Of a stretch of 64,000 bases of DNA, positions 1 through 11,970 are shown piece by piece. The notes beneath the pieces are model-generated. The model searched no databases and was not told the origin of the DNA. It saw nothing but the letters and a program-made list of their open reading frames with translations. The stretch is taken from positions 71,858,001 through 71,922,000 of the forward strand of contig NC_086382.1 of NCBI RefSeq assembly GCF_036588685.1. Direction: 5' to 3'. A program made the translations under genes and the position numbers. This stretch comes from Mytilus trossulus (taxonomy: Eukaryota). Each line of letters begins with the position of its first letter. The first letter of the stretch is position 1.

Positions 1-1789
1 TACATTGTGAACGACACACTTCATTCCTTGAAATATTTTTAAAGTAGTAACAATGATGTTAATTTTGTAATTGTGTCAACAATTTGGCATCAACAAAATT
101 TTACAAAATAAATAAAAACACTTTCAATGGTTTCTCGTGAATTTTCTTTCTAAAAATAAAGATCCCCAATAAATTAAAGAAGTTTTCTCTATATATATAT
201 ATTATCATGTCAAGATCTAGAGTTCTGGGAAGTTCGGAAAGAATCCGTATAAAAGGAATAACTACCCTTTACTAATGGGTTTTCAAAAATAATTAATGTT
301 TGACATTTAACAAAAAACCACACTTGAGATTTGAAAAGATTTAATTTATATAAGATTTTGCCTTCTTCAGGGCTATTTTAGTTCGATAAAACACTTTTAC
401 TGTGATAAATGTAAACAGATTGGTATACCTTTATTTTATTATAATGGTAATTTCTATACAGATTTATAAATGTCTGTACTAAAGACGCCTCATAGTGCCG
501 TTAAATACATTTATAAGATAATGGGGCTTTTATACATAGTGTTAAATACTTAATAGAGTCTTACCCAGTTGTAAAATATCTTTATGATAGTGCAAATGAA
601 AGGTAAAAACAGGATTTAATCTTTTCAACAGTGCCAAGCTTAATTTACAATTATATTAATTTTTTCACGAAAAGTCGTTGACTTAGCAGTTTATTTGCAA
701 TTCAAAGCACACACAGAATCGGAGAAACACTCGTCCGCTAAACGAACTGACATTGAAGGATATTTTGTGTGATTCAAGATTCAAGATTAACCAATAAGCT
801 AACATGTACTTGGAACAATCAACTTGTACTGATACATCATATGGACCCTCAATTTTAATAGCAATGAAATCACAAGATAAACATTAAAATTGTGTCCATT
901 ATCGTGTTGACATTGAGGAATATTCAATTACTTTGAGGAAATCATACATTGGACCTTCTCTACAAGAACAGTGTAGCTGTAAGATATTTTAAATATTCAT
1001 ACAAGGCTAGCTATACGGATAATTAGCCTATATATCAATGTTTCACAAACTGTGTATCATGTCGTTATAGGTAAGATCACACGAATTAGTTTAACATCTA
1101 ATAATATATACATGGTATTATTTAACATCTTAAAGAAAACGTGTACATGTAATAACACTTTGAAAAATAAAAAAAAATTTAAAAAATGAGACATTTGTCA
1201 AAGTCAGAATATATATAATATCACGTATACAATAATGTAAATTGGTTGACGATTATGAAAAGCAAATATAACTATTCCTATTATATAATGGTGATATAAC
1301 TAAGGAAGTTTAAATACATTAAATATTTTGAGACGGATGTATAACTTTAATTTCTTTCTGAAGACACAATGCAATGATATTGCTATTAAATTGAATGAAA
1401 CCTGTAATTTATTACCAATACTACGTTTTGATGTCTATATAATTATTTGGTCTAGATAATACTTATGTAGATGTGCAGTATATTCTTTATAAAGCGTACA
1501 AATAACAGTAAAAAGTTGTAATTGAATGTTTTATTACATGCTACTCTATTTCATTATGCAGTACATTAATCTAGATAAACACTCGTATAAAGGATGATCG
1601 CTTCTCATGTTTTATACTTTCCTCGATAACCTTTCTTGCTATTATTGACTATAATGCATTGCTAATATGTGCTCAAGCAACCCAGGCAATTCTCCTACAT
1701 TTACCTAATTGTATTAAAAATACTTTTCAATACATTAAAAAGCCTCACAATATAAAATAAATATGATAAATGCATTTTGTTTATATAGA

Positions 1790-1986
1790 TTAGACCGTTG
1801 GTTTTCCCGTTTGAATGGTTTTACACTAGTAATTTTGGGGCCCTTTATAGCTTGTTGTTCAGTGTGAGCCAAGGCTCCGTGTTGAAGGCCGTACTTTAAC
1901 CTATAATGGTTTACTTTTTACTTTTTAAATTGTTACTTGGATGGAGAGTTGTCTCATTGGCACTCACACCACATCTTCCTATATCT
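1790..1986 (+). repeat. 3' end of dispersed PLE-type repeat, family E (ends ...cacaccacatcttcctatat)
   Basis: Near-identical copies at 41565-41765 (-) and 54065-54233 (+); same 3' terminus type as the PLE at 55183-56395. Confidence 0.75.
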
Positions 1987-2496
1987 ATTGACTTTTTAAA
2001 ATTATCACTCTGAATGCGGAACTAGTATAAATTAATTCCTCCGGGTGTGGGATTTTCTAGCTGCTTTGAAGACCTTGGTCTATTTTTTGCTCTTTGTTCG
2101 GGTTGTTGTCTCTTTTACACAGTACTGTTTTCCTTCTCAATTCTTTGTAATTTATTTAAAACATTTTGTTAACAGTGAATGAATATCCATCAGACTATCA
2201 TCTAATAAGAAATGTTCGGATCATAAAGCACATTTATGTATAAACATTACGAAATATTCAAAACCCAATTCGTTTTTTATTTGCTATATATATGTTGCAT
2301 TTTTACAAACTGAAGACGAATTACATGGTCCCACGGTGTTCTACCAAAGTATCTTACTAATTGTTTTGCCAATGATTTCATTTTTTCTATCTGTATGTAT
2401 AGCGACATCAAAACTTTTATAGATGTAAGTCTACGCATGACTTTTCAAGATGTTTTATTTTGAAATGTTTCATGTGATATCTATCAAAATAAGATC

Positions 2497-2732
2497 AACA
2501 CGACATATGCCACATGTAGAGCAGAGTCAGATTAATCTTCCGGAGCACCTGGGATCATCCTAAGCTTTTGTTAGATTTCGTGGTACTAAGTCTTAAGATT
2601 ATTATATTGTGTTTTGTGTACTATTGTTTGTTTGTTTGTCTTCTTTTGTTTTAGACATGGTGTTGTTATGCAGTTTATTTTCGATTTATGAGTTTGGATG
2701 TCCCTATCCCTATGGTATCTTTCGCCCCTCAT
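2497..2732 (+). repeat. 3' UTR fragment of PLE family P (ends ...tggtatctttcgcccctc)
   Basis: Homologous to the UTR of the RT-bearing copy at 7509-8548 and to 58665-58970, 24878-25045 and 53519-53760. Confidence 0.75.
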
Positions 2733-4204
2733 CTATTAATATTTGGTATGACGTTTGTGTACCGAGTAACCTAGTATCCTGTATTCACTTCCTAGTCACT
2801 CTGTAGGATATTTACGTTAATATATATATGTGTATCTATTGACTTAACAAAACAGAACACCTACACATTGTCATAATGACTGACTAGAACGCATGCAGGA
2901 CTTCGTGTGGTCTTAGATCTCTCTTAAAATGTTAAACAAAGATCATGGTACACTTTGTCCTTATTGATCGAAATACCATAATCTCTCATTCGGAATCACA
3001 TAATCTCTCATTCGGAATCAGATCGATGTAAATATAAAATCATTATATCACTTAGTGTTAAACAAATCAAAATAAATTACCTCTCTTTGTATAATTTAAA
3101 GTATCAATAGATTAAGAAGTATAAATTACTTAATAACACAAAGATTAAATACCCTTATGTATATTCTCAATGACCTATAAGTATATATCGTTGATACGTA
3201 TACTCGAGACCTTTATTTGTTCTTTGTAAACACTAAAAACAATGACTAAGTTTATATGTTTATATGGGCGCGTCGATTCTAATAGAAAATGATTTCGAAG
3301 ATGCCATAAATGAGAATATGGATGCTTTTAACCATGTTGGACCGTTAACATGCTCATGAATTCTAGACTACTGACTAGTCTTTCTTTTTGTACCTCTTTT
3401 ATTTATGTTCTTGCTTGGTCAGTGGGACGTCCGTTTGGCTGTGCAGGATGTACAAGTACGCAGACACGTCTGATAAGAATGAAAACGCTCAATCCGATTC
3501 CTCGTATAAAAATAATGCCACGCTCTCTGCATGCACGTTACAAACCCTTGCAAAAATTTTAAGGGGTCTTTATCTGAAGGTGACCTGTTGCAAAGAATGC
3601 AAAGCTCTCTGAACGTTAAGAACCCTGGCAACAACTTTTTCGGGGTCCGTATCTATATATGACCTGTTGCAAGGTTAAAGTTTTGTCAAATATACCCTCA
3701 TTTTCCAGTGGCTGTTCAAATTCTCCCACCTTCATCCCGGGCGGCCTCTATTACAAGACTCACCTTAATTTGTTCTAAGCCTTAACATGCATGAACTGTT
3801 TCCCACTGAACGTTTATTAACTAACAACTAATCAGGCAAAACCATTATTTTTGGTTTAATATTTTGTGCCCAGTTATAAATGTCACAACTGCCTCAATTT
3901 ACAAATATATCTTTTTTTAACATTACGAAATAACATCTGTGGAATTTCTTAAGATAATTTTTAAGTTCACATATCTGATAAAACTGAATCGGAAAATGGC
4001 AAACATGTGATAATGTGTCCTATTTGTGACTAGCGTCAACATATAATTTTTAACTGACATACTAGGTAAAGTAGAATTGTTCGAAATCAATGTTTTTCTT
4101 AGTGTATAGCCTTACTGCATGGATCAGCACAAGAGGTTAATTGTAATGATTTATAAAATAATGTGTGCTGCAAGATGGGTCTTGTCAAACAAAATTATAT
4201 TATA

Positions 4205-4480
4205 AATTCGCTACCTGTTTTTTTGGTGTATATAAGAATACCTAAGTTATAAATATAATGGAATTTGATGCGATTGTCATACAAGTGAGAGGTTAATCGA
4301 TATCAAACCAGGTTCAATCCACCAGTTTCTTCATTTGAAAATGCCAGTACCAAGTCAAGAATATATATGACAGTTGTTGTCCATTCGTTTGATGTGTTAT
4401 ATCATTTAATTTTGCCATTTCATTAGCGACTTTCCGTTTTTAATTTTCCTTGGAGTTAAGTATTTTTGTGACTAATTTTC
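4205..4480 (+). repeat. Dispersed repeat family C with decayed twister-like motif (4273-4374)
   Basis: GTGAGAGGT...CAATCCACC...GTACCAAGTC...TATGACAG; homologous to 13389-13640, 14880-15122, 29712-29985, 9241-9375 and 44975-45088. Confidence 0.7.
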
Positions 4481-5070
4481 ACCCAAAAAACAAATATTAG
4501 AAAGACTGATCTAAATCACTCCAAAAAAAAAAAGAAGACGCGTGTTAAACGTCTTGAACAAAACAATGTGTACATATAGAAACATAAAATATGCTGATGT
4601 GCATCTTTCATTCAATATATATATAGAATTTAGAATAATCCGGATTCGACAACAAATTTCGTATTACTTTTCAGTAATTTCACATCTAAATGATACATTA
4701 TTATTAATTTATAAACTCATTTATTTTTAATTTACATTTCAGATTTAAGTACACTCTCGGAGTAATCGCTTTTAGTTGAAGCAACGATCAAGTCCGTATA
4801 CAATGGATTTATGTATTTATCCATATAAGATATACTTATGAGCGAGTTCATAAATGGATCAGCTGAAATAGAAATTTAATGGATTAGATATAATGATTAT
4901 AAAGATTATTAAACCAAGGATTACGTGCTTTACGATGTGTGTTAATACTAAAACCATTTATTTGTGTCCCTTGACCTCCTAAAACCCTATCTCAATGTAT
5001 AGTTTAAGTAATCTAGTTGTGTTCGTGAAGGTAGATGTGTTAGTCGTAGAATTGTTCTATTGCAATAATA

Positions 5071-7239
5071 ATGAGTGCTGTGGTGTTCGTGGGTGATGCT
5101 TGGAAACCCTCCATTGTACAGATTGTCCCGTTTGCTGACAAAAACATTCAAAATAGTGCTAAATATAAACAATCAGCTTCCTCTGGGACAGATACTAACA
5201 ACAGGTGCTTCCCAGTATTAGCAGTTACAAGAAGTCATTCTGGAATATCACTCAATACTGTCGATACGTATTCATCACTTGATTTTAGTGATTTTCAGTC
5301 AGAAGTTTCGGACGCTGTGTCTTATTCGGGACGTTTACCAACAACGTGCGTCAGAAAAGATAAAAAGTTCCGTAAAATTGCTAGACATTCATCGATGAGG
5401 GAAAATCGCAGCGACATGATGGTTAAATTTTCAGTCCAAGATTTGAATGAACAATGTGGTGCTGTAACGACACGAAGAAATAGTATATCAAGTATTGATA
5501 CCGGAGTGTCCGTGTCAACCGTGTCAGCTTCTAGTTCCGTGTCAAATGGGCTTCCAAAGCCAACGCTTTCTGATAAAAAATTCTTGTACAAACAAAATGG
5601 ATTTAAAAAAACATTGCCGTATACCCCTGGAGAAATAGAGTTACAGAAACAGAAAGAATTGTATGCAAAGGAACAGGCTCAAAAACGGAAAAAGTACAAG
5701 TTGAATGTAAATCAGCTACCGCGAAGTAATACGCCTATCACTGACCATGATCCTGATAAACTTAACATGAAACAAGTAATACGGTTTTTACAAAAGCAGA
5801 AACCCTCTGGATCACCACGACCTGATACATATAATGTAAAATCACCCGAGCGACGGTCAACTGAAAGTCCAGTAAAGACAGCTCCAGCTAATTTTACCGT
5901 CGGTGATAAAATCAGATCGGATTTAAAAACGAGTGACTCTATGAGATCATCGCGATCAAGTGAAATAAGCATAGCAAGTCGGAGTAAACTATTGAGTCGT
6001 GATTCGGATGTGCAGTCTAAGACTTCTGCAAGTCCAAGACATAATAATCGATATCATTATTCGCATAAACATGACTATAGTTATATAGAGAATTGTTCTA
6101 CGGACAAACGGGATCGACACCGGAAGTCAGAGGGAAATGTCGATACAAAACATCGATCATCTCATGACGGTAGGGAAAACGATCGAAATAAACATTCGAA
6201 AAAACGTGAAAAAGAGTTTAAATTACACAGATTTCTTGCTTTAGCTCCCAATGGAGAAGGACAGAAAACTAATCCACTGATTATTTCAAACATTTCTCAT
6301 GTGAGGACTAATAATTGGACAACAATGAGAGAAGGATTGAAATCCGAAGGTGCTGCACAAATTCATTCCAAGTCCGAAGAAAAAACATGCATAAGACGAG
6401 TTTCCTCCGAAAGGCATAATGCCTCTCACTATAGAGCTATGAACAAAGAAAATACAAATATTAACTTTAATCAATCTGAAAAAAACGAAGTCGAACTTCC
6501 GCCAAATAAAACTACAGCAGATCAAGAAAAATATAACATAGGCAAATCCGCTACCATCATGCACCAGAGACAAATTCGTTTTCAAAAGGTTAATCCGAGA
6601 GATGATATGACTATGTCAGAATCTGACGATGGCCGAATATCTCAGACAAATTCAAGTATGATACGTCTTCCAAGCGTACATGATTATGTAGAGGAGGAAG
6701 ACGGAGAAACAACAACAACTCATGACTCATCTAAGTCAGACATTGACAGGAGAAGCCCGACGACGCAAGCGAGTGACGTTGACACAGAACAAAAGCGAGA
6801 GACAAATATTTCGCGTATTAGTTTGGATTCTTCACGAAGCTCTGTGTATAGTATTCCTATGTTATCACCTTCTCATAGGAAAGGATTTATTTCTAAAGCA
6901 AAACAAAGTATTCACGTGAGTATTCCTAAAGAGGAAGAGGAAACAAAGGAGGTCAAATTATCATTGCGACAGGAAAAGGACCTAACGGCCCAGCGAAGCT
7001 ATATGCATGATATGGTATCTAGTAGATCAGCTGATCCATTAGAAGTGATCTATAAACATACCAACGGGCATACAGTGTCGCCATCTAGTGAATCTTTTTA
7101 TGATAGAAATGTCTTCCGAATATCAACGGTATCTATGCAAAGTAGAAAATCTGAGGATTGTGGGATATGTGATGGAACAAGACTGTCGCCTGAGTCTCAT
7201 ATGACATCTAGGTCCATTGGTGCTCTATCTAGAAACTAA
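5071..7239 (+). CDS. Uncharacterised 722-aa Ser/Arg/Lys-rich, largely low-complexity protein (single coding exon)
   Basis: 2.2-kb ORF with higher GC than its flanks; upstream acceptor tttacatttcAG ending 4742 suggests a spliced 5' UTR; no domain recognised. Confidence 0.85.
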   Translation: MSAVVFVGDAWKPSIVQIVPFADKNIQNSAKYKQSASSGTDTNNRCFPVLAVTRSHSGISLNTVDTYSSLDFSDFQSEVSDAVSYSGRLPTTCVRKDKKFRKIARHSSMRENRSDMMVKFSVQDLNEQCGAVTTRRNSISSIDTGVSVSTVSASSSVSNGLPKPTLSDKKFLYKQNGFKKTLPYTPGEIELQKQKELYAKEQAQKRKKYKLNVNQLPRSNTPITDHDPDKLNMKQVIRFLQKQKPSGSPRPDTYNVKSPERRSTESPVKTAPANFTVGDKIRSDLKTSDSMRSSRSSEISIASRSKLLSRDSDVQSKTSASPRHNNRYHYSHKHDYSYIENCSTDKRDRHRKSEGNVDTKHRSSHDGRENDRNKHSKKREKEFKLHRFLALAPNGEGQKTNPLIISNISHVRTNNWTTMREGLKSEGAAQIHSKSEEKTCIRRVSSERHNASHYRAMNKENTNINFNQSEKNEVELPPNKTTADQEKYNIGKSATIMHQRQIRFQKVNPRDDMTMSESDDGRISQTNSSMIRLPSVHDYVEEEDGETTTTHDSSKSDIDRRSPTTQASDVDTEQKRETNISRISLDSSRSSVYSIPMLSPSHRKGFISKAKQSIHVSIPKEEEETKEVKLSLRQEKDLTAQRSYMHDMVSSRSADPLEVIYKHTNGHTVSPSSESFYDRNVFRISTVSMQSRKSEDCGICDGTRLSPESHMTSRSIGALSRN

Positions 7240-7508
7240 TTTGTAAAGTAGTTTTTTTTATATATTTATTAAATTGAAACTCTTGGCTAAAATCTAAACT
7301 ATTTGAAACTTAATAATGTAATGGCATACAGGCCCTATACGTACCATGCAGCAGGGTTATGAATTACAAATATAAATGGGTTCAATTAAGTCACTTGTGG
7401 TATATCCTAAATAGACCTAGTAGAATTTATTTGCTTTTTCATTTATGATCTGTCCTATATGCGCCAGGTAAGTTTCAGGCTGTACGATATCGGAACACTA
7501 ATGAATTT

Positions 7509-8548
7509 AAAAGAGGAGCGAAAGATACACAAGGGACAGTCAAACTAATAAAATCGAAAATAAACTGAAAACGTAATGGCTAAAAATGAAAAAGACAAAC
7601 AATCAATAGTACACATGACACAATATAGAAAACTATAGATTTAAGCAACACGAACCCCACCAAAAACAGGTGATCCGGAAGGGTAAGCAGATCCTGCTCC
7701 ACATGTGGCACCGTCGTGTTGCTTAAGTTATAACCATCCGGTAAATAGTATAATTTGGTAGGTCACATTCATGAAAGGGATGGCGATTGTAGTTATAACG
7801 TAAGGAACATATCAGATATCATCGGACTGTTAAATATAAACGGTTAACCAACTCGTAATGGCGCCCGTAAAATTTACGAAGGGATGATTTCAACTTCACC
7901 ATTTGGAATTCACCTCTTTTGTCATTAAGTTGTGTTTGTATCCAATCCTCATTGTTAATATCTAGATGTAAGTCAAGATATGAGGCCGACTTAACTGTAT
8001 CTGTTGTATCCTTTATATCTAGTGCCATCGGATAGATGCGTTAAACATAGTCACTAAATTTTTAAATGTTTATTGAGAGAACATCATCTTTATAGCGGAA
8101 AGTAAAGTTCAAGGATATTGCCAAATTCTGATCTTTCTTCCTCGGAAATTTCTGTATAAAGTCAGCCTCATAATAATAAAGAAACAAGTCGAAAGGAAGA
8201 AGGGCACAATTGGTTCCCATTGGAATTCCGACAGTTTTTTTTAAAAACACGTCCTCCAAACGTAAAAAATATGTTGTCAATCAAGAAATCAAGCATCTTG
8301 ATAATGTCAAATTCAGCGATTTTTTTGTATGAATCAGAGTGATCCTTTACAAAGTAGGATGTATCCCTCCCTAATACAAGATACTTGTATCTACGTTGGC
8401 CATTCTTTTTTATGAAACAAAGCAATGCTAACTCTTTCAATGTGTCTTTTAGTTTAAAATGTGGAATACTTGAGTAAAGTGTAGAAAAGTCAAGTGTTTT
8501 AATACTATTGCAAGATGAAAGATAGTTTGATTGTATGTACTCTAAAAG
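7509..8548 (-). mobile_element. 5'-truncated, frameshifted Penelope-like retroelement (RT core + 3' UTR), family P
   Basis: Translated pieces DFSTLY..IPH, GIPMGTNCA, FRYKDDVLSIN, SASYLDL, DKR and KFYGRH match PLE RT motifs; internal deletion near 7912. Confidence 0.85.
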
Positions 8549-10445
8549 AAATTAAAACGTCACTTAGGATTATCCTGGCAGGAAGATTAAAACGTCGTTT
8601 TGATCTTATGATACCAGGTTCATTTTTGACTTAAAATATCGTTTAAATCTATAAAAAAATGGCTTCTCTTTAACTGTAAATGACATCTTGATTCTATTAT
8701 ATAAGAGGCATCTTTGACGCTAAAATGTCATTTAGATTAATCATTACCGACGCATCTTGCACGTAACAGACGTCATTGTCGATTTCGAAAGAGAGCAGGC
8801 TATAATGCCCATGCAAGGGAGCACTCACACCCACAAAGTTGAAAATTGTTGATATAAGTTGTAATAACTAACTTCCCAATCTACTATCAATAAATATGTT
8901 AAAATCAAATTATGTAGATCTGTTATGACATGTAAACTACGTGCACTTAAACATGATACGTACGAATATTCTGAATTGTACATGTCAATGTCAAAACACT
9001 ATAAGATCTGTATAACAAACTTTTTACAACAAAAGTTGTTGAATTTTACACTTTCAAACCGTGTCAGGGTATTTTTACATCCTAACAATAAAAAAGACAA
9101 AAAGCATCGATTGAGAGTACAGAAATTGGTGGATGAAACTTGGACGCCATTCAATATAACATTAAAGTTCAACGACATCGACATTTAAGAGACTCTCTTG
9201 GTTTTAATAAAAACTGACAGGAGATTATTTTCGCTATAAGGTATGTACCAAGTCAGAAATATGACAGTTATTACCAATTCGTTTGATGTTTTTTGAGCTT
9301 TTGTACAATTTGATTAGGGATTTTCCGTTTTGATTTTTCCTCAAAGATCAGTATTTTTGTCATTTTACCTTTTTGCTATTAGGGATCAATAAATACGCAG
9401 CCACTTCGGAAATGGACATTTTAGTCTCTCAATGTTAGTTAACGTACTTCTGCAACACCGTGTTATCCGTGGTAAACTTTTATTCCACAGGCAAAATTCA
9501 AAATTATGTTTCTTTTTAAGACCACTTATATTCCACACATTTTTATTTTGCGCTACCTATTACTTTAATTGTGAGAATGAAGAGGTTTATCAAGCTGGAG
9601 AGACTCTGACCGTTATTAAAAGACACATGTCTGTGTTTTTGCAAATTATTGTTTACCTCATATCTTGAATCTCTTTATATATATTTACCTAATAGATTTT
9701 AACCAAACAAATTAATAAGTTTAAAGCGAAATAACTCAATTTAAATAGGTTTCTATATAGCAATATTTGGAATTATTTAAAATCTAAAAATCGCTAAAGA
9801 ATTTGACTTCTTGAAAATGGTATTTAAAAAGCCACAATTGGTGACAGAACAACAACTTAAAGGGGATTGGAATGTGGATGTCCCATGTCGAAGAAAACGT
9901 ATTATATACCGACATTCATTGCATTCATTGCCAACCCTTCATCGTTTATAAGCAGCAGCTCTGCTTAAATGTTATTCAGACATGAAACAAAAAAGCTTTT
10001 GTCTTCTAACTTAGTGATGTATACTCTATATACAGGTAAAATTGAGAATGGAAATGGAGAATATGTCAAAGAGACAACAACCCGACCATAGAAAAACAAC
10101 AACAGAAGGTCATCAATAGGTCTTCAATGTAGCGAGAAATTCCCGCACCCGGAGGCGTCCTTCAGCGGACCCCTAAACAAACATATAGTAGTTAAGTGAC
10201 AATGAATAAAATTGAGAATGGAAATGGGGAATGTGTCAAAGAGACAACAACCCGACCAAAATAAAAAAAACACAACAGCAGAAGGTCACCAACAGGTCTT
10301 CAATGTAGCGAGAAATTCCCGCACCCGGAGGCGTCCTTCAGCTGGCCCCTAAACAAATATATACTAGTTCAGTGATAATGAACGCCATACTTATTTCCAA
10401 ATTGTACACAAGAAACTAAAATTTAAATAATACAAGACTAACAAA

Positions 10446-10535
10446 GGCCAGAGGCTCCTGACTTGGGACAGGCGCAAAAATGCGGCGGGGTTAAACATGT
10501 TTGTGAGATCTCAACCCTCCCCCTATACCTCTAAC
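10446..10535 (-). ncRNA. Twister ribozyme, type-P5 permutation (intact core)
   Basis: Minus strand reads UAGAGGU-AUA-GGGG-G-A-GGG-[palindromes]-U^AA-CCCC-GC-CGCA(U4)UGCG-CCUG-U-CCC-AA-GU-CAGG-A-GCCUCUG; maps position by position onto the twister core (P2, T2, P3, P4, T1, catalytic G/A). Confidence 0.82.
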
Positions 10536-10619
10536 AGTGTAGAAAAGTAAATGAACGCCATATTAAATTCCAAATTGTACACACGAAAACTAAAATTAAA
10601 ATACTACAAGAATAACAAA

Positions 10620-10710
10620 GGCCAGAGGCTCATGACTTGGGACAGGCACATAATTGCGGCGGGGTTAAACATGTTTATGAGAACTCAACCCTCTCCCTAA
10701 ACCTCTAGCC
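10620..10710 (-). ncRNA. Twister ribozyme type-P5, second tandem copy (one mismatch each in P2 and P4)
   Basis: GGCUAGAGG/CCUCUGGCC P5, GAGGG, UAACCCCGCC, CCUGUCCCAAGUCAUG. Confidence 0.7.
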
Positions 10711-11512
10711 AATGTAGAAAAGTAAACGCATAACAATCGGCACATTAAAATTCAGTTCAAGAGAAGTCCGAGTCTGATGTCAGAAGATGTAACCAAAGAA
10801 AATAAACAAAATGACAATAATACATAAATAACAACAGACGACTAGGTGTTTATTAAACTATTAATACGGAAAGTTTTCACAGGCATAATCCAAAATTATC
10901 TTTTTTTAAATATATATTCTTCAATCTTTTTGCGCTCCATTTGCTTTAACTGTGTTGTGAACTTGTCCTGAATATATATGCATGATATATTTACTATTGC
11001 ACGCGCCAAAAAATAAAAAAAAAGTGTGTTTACTAAACTGAACAACTGTAAACTGTGTTGTTTTCATTTAGTTTTCCTCAATAAAATTAGAAAACTTATT
11101 CTAGATAAATGCAAATTAATATATATATAGTGTTGATAAAGTGTTGCTATATATATATAGTAGCTTTGGAGTGGTAGGAGAATAGACTTTAAAACATGAA
11201 CAAGAGATACAAGGCAATTGCCAAATGAAACAGTTACCACACAAAATGAAACAGCCATTCACCTACAACCTCCAAAACTCCAGGCAAGCACACTCCAATG
11301 AGCCAATCAAGGCGTTAAGAAGTGAAATATTGTAGGGTTCTAAGTTAGTTCAGCTGTATAACAATGCATATATATGTATAGTTATGCATTTCAATCAAGA
11401 ACTAAACAGTCTTACTCCTTTGCCTTATTGAAAACAACAACCCGAACATAGTGCACAAAATGTTTTTTTTTTACAAATACTGGTAAACCATAAGTGCAAT
11501 ATGTTTTCACAT

Positions 11513-11970
11513 TTAATAGAACAAAAGCCATCCTGAGAATGTTGTCCTGGTATATTTATCGCTTCTGATGGTACCTTCGTGTCCTGCCCCCTGTGATCTG
11601 GTGTAAACTACATCTCCAGTTTTGAGGGTATGTATGACGAACCCAGTTGAACAGTGTTCTTCAGCATGCGTTTCGGAATCAACATAAATACTTCCGTGGA
11701 CTTTATTATCGATCACTAATTCCACTCCGATCTCACTATTGACGCTTCCGCTCGCACATACTGTCCATGTAAATGCATATGTCCCTGGAAGTGATGGTCG
11801 AAAAATACCTGTGAAGTTTTCATAACCATTTCCAACATTGCATTCAACATGGTCATAAATGAACGTTTGTCTAAGGCCAAATGACGTTGCGTCAAAGGAT
11901 GCCGATTTGTAGGCAGAGAAGGCCACACCAGGACCTTCATTCAAAAGAAATCTTCGATGTCGACTATTAC
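11513..11970 (-). CDS. C1q-domain-containing protein A, exon 2 (globular C1q domain)
   Basis: VAFSA, G+F...PGTYAFTW, GDVVY and TTFSGWLL motifs; acceptor tattgcAG at 11972-11971; phase-1 join to exon 1 gives 218 aa. Confidence 0.92.

Larger units (their letters stand above)
10038..10845 (-). mobile_element. Partial-tandem insertion of repeat family A with two twister-like ribozymes
   Basis: 3' end duplicated (10038-10205 vs 10206-10380) and internal block duplicated (10378-10550 vs 10551-10725); empty paralogous site near 13655-13660. Confidence 0.85.

Noticed and set aside
2979-3020. 22-bp tandem duplication
   Set aside because: Two units only; simple slippage, not CRISPR-like
5322-6919. 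Short ORFs overlapping the 722-aa ORF
   Set aside because: Shadow frames of the real gene
11064-11258. Possible signal-peptide exon of a third C1q gene
   Set aside because: No similarity to either exon 1, no coiled coil and no convincing donor
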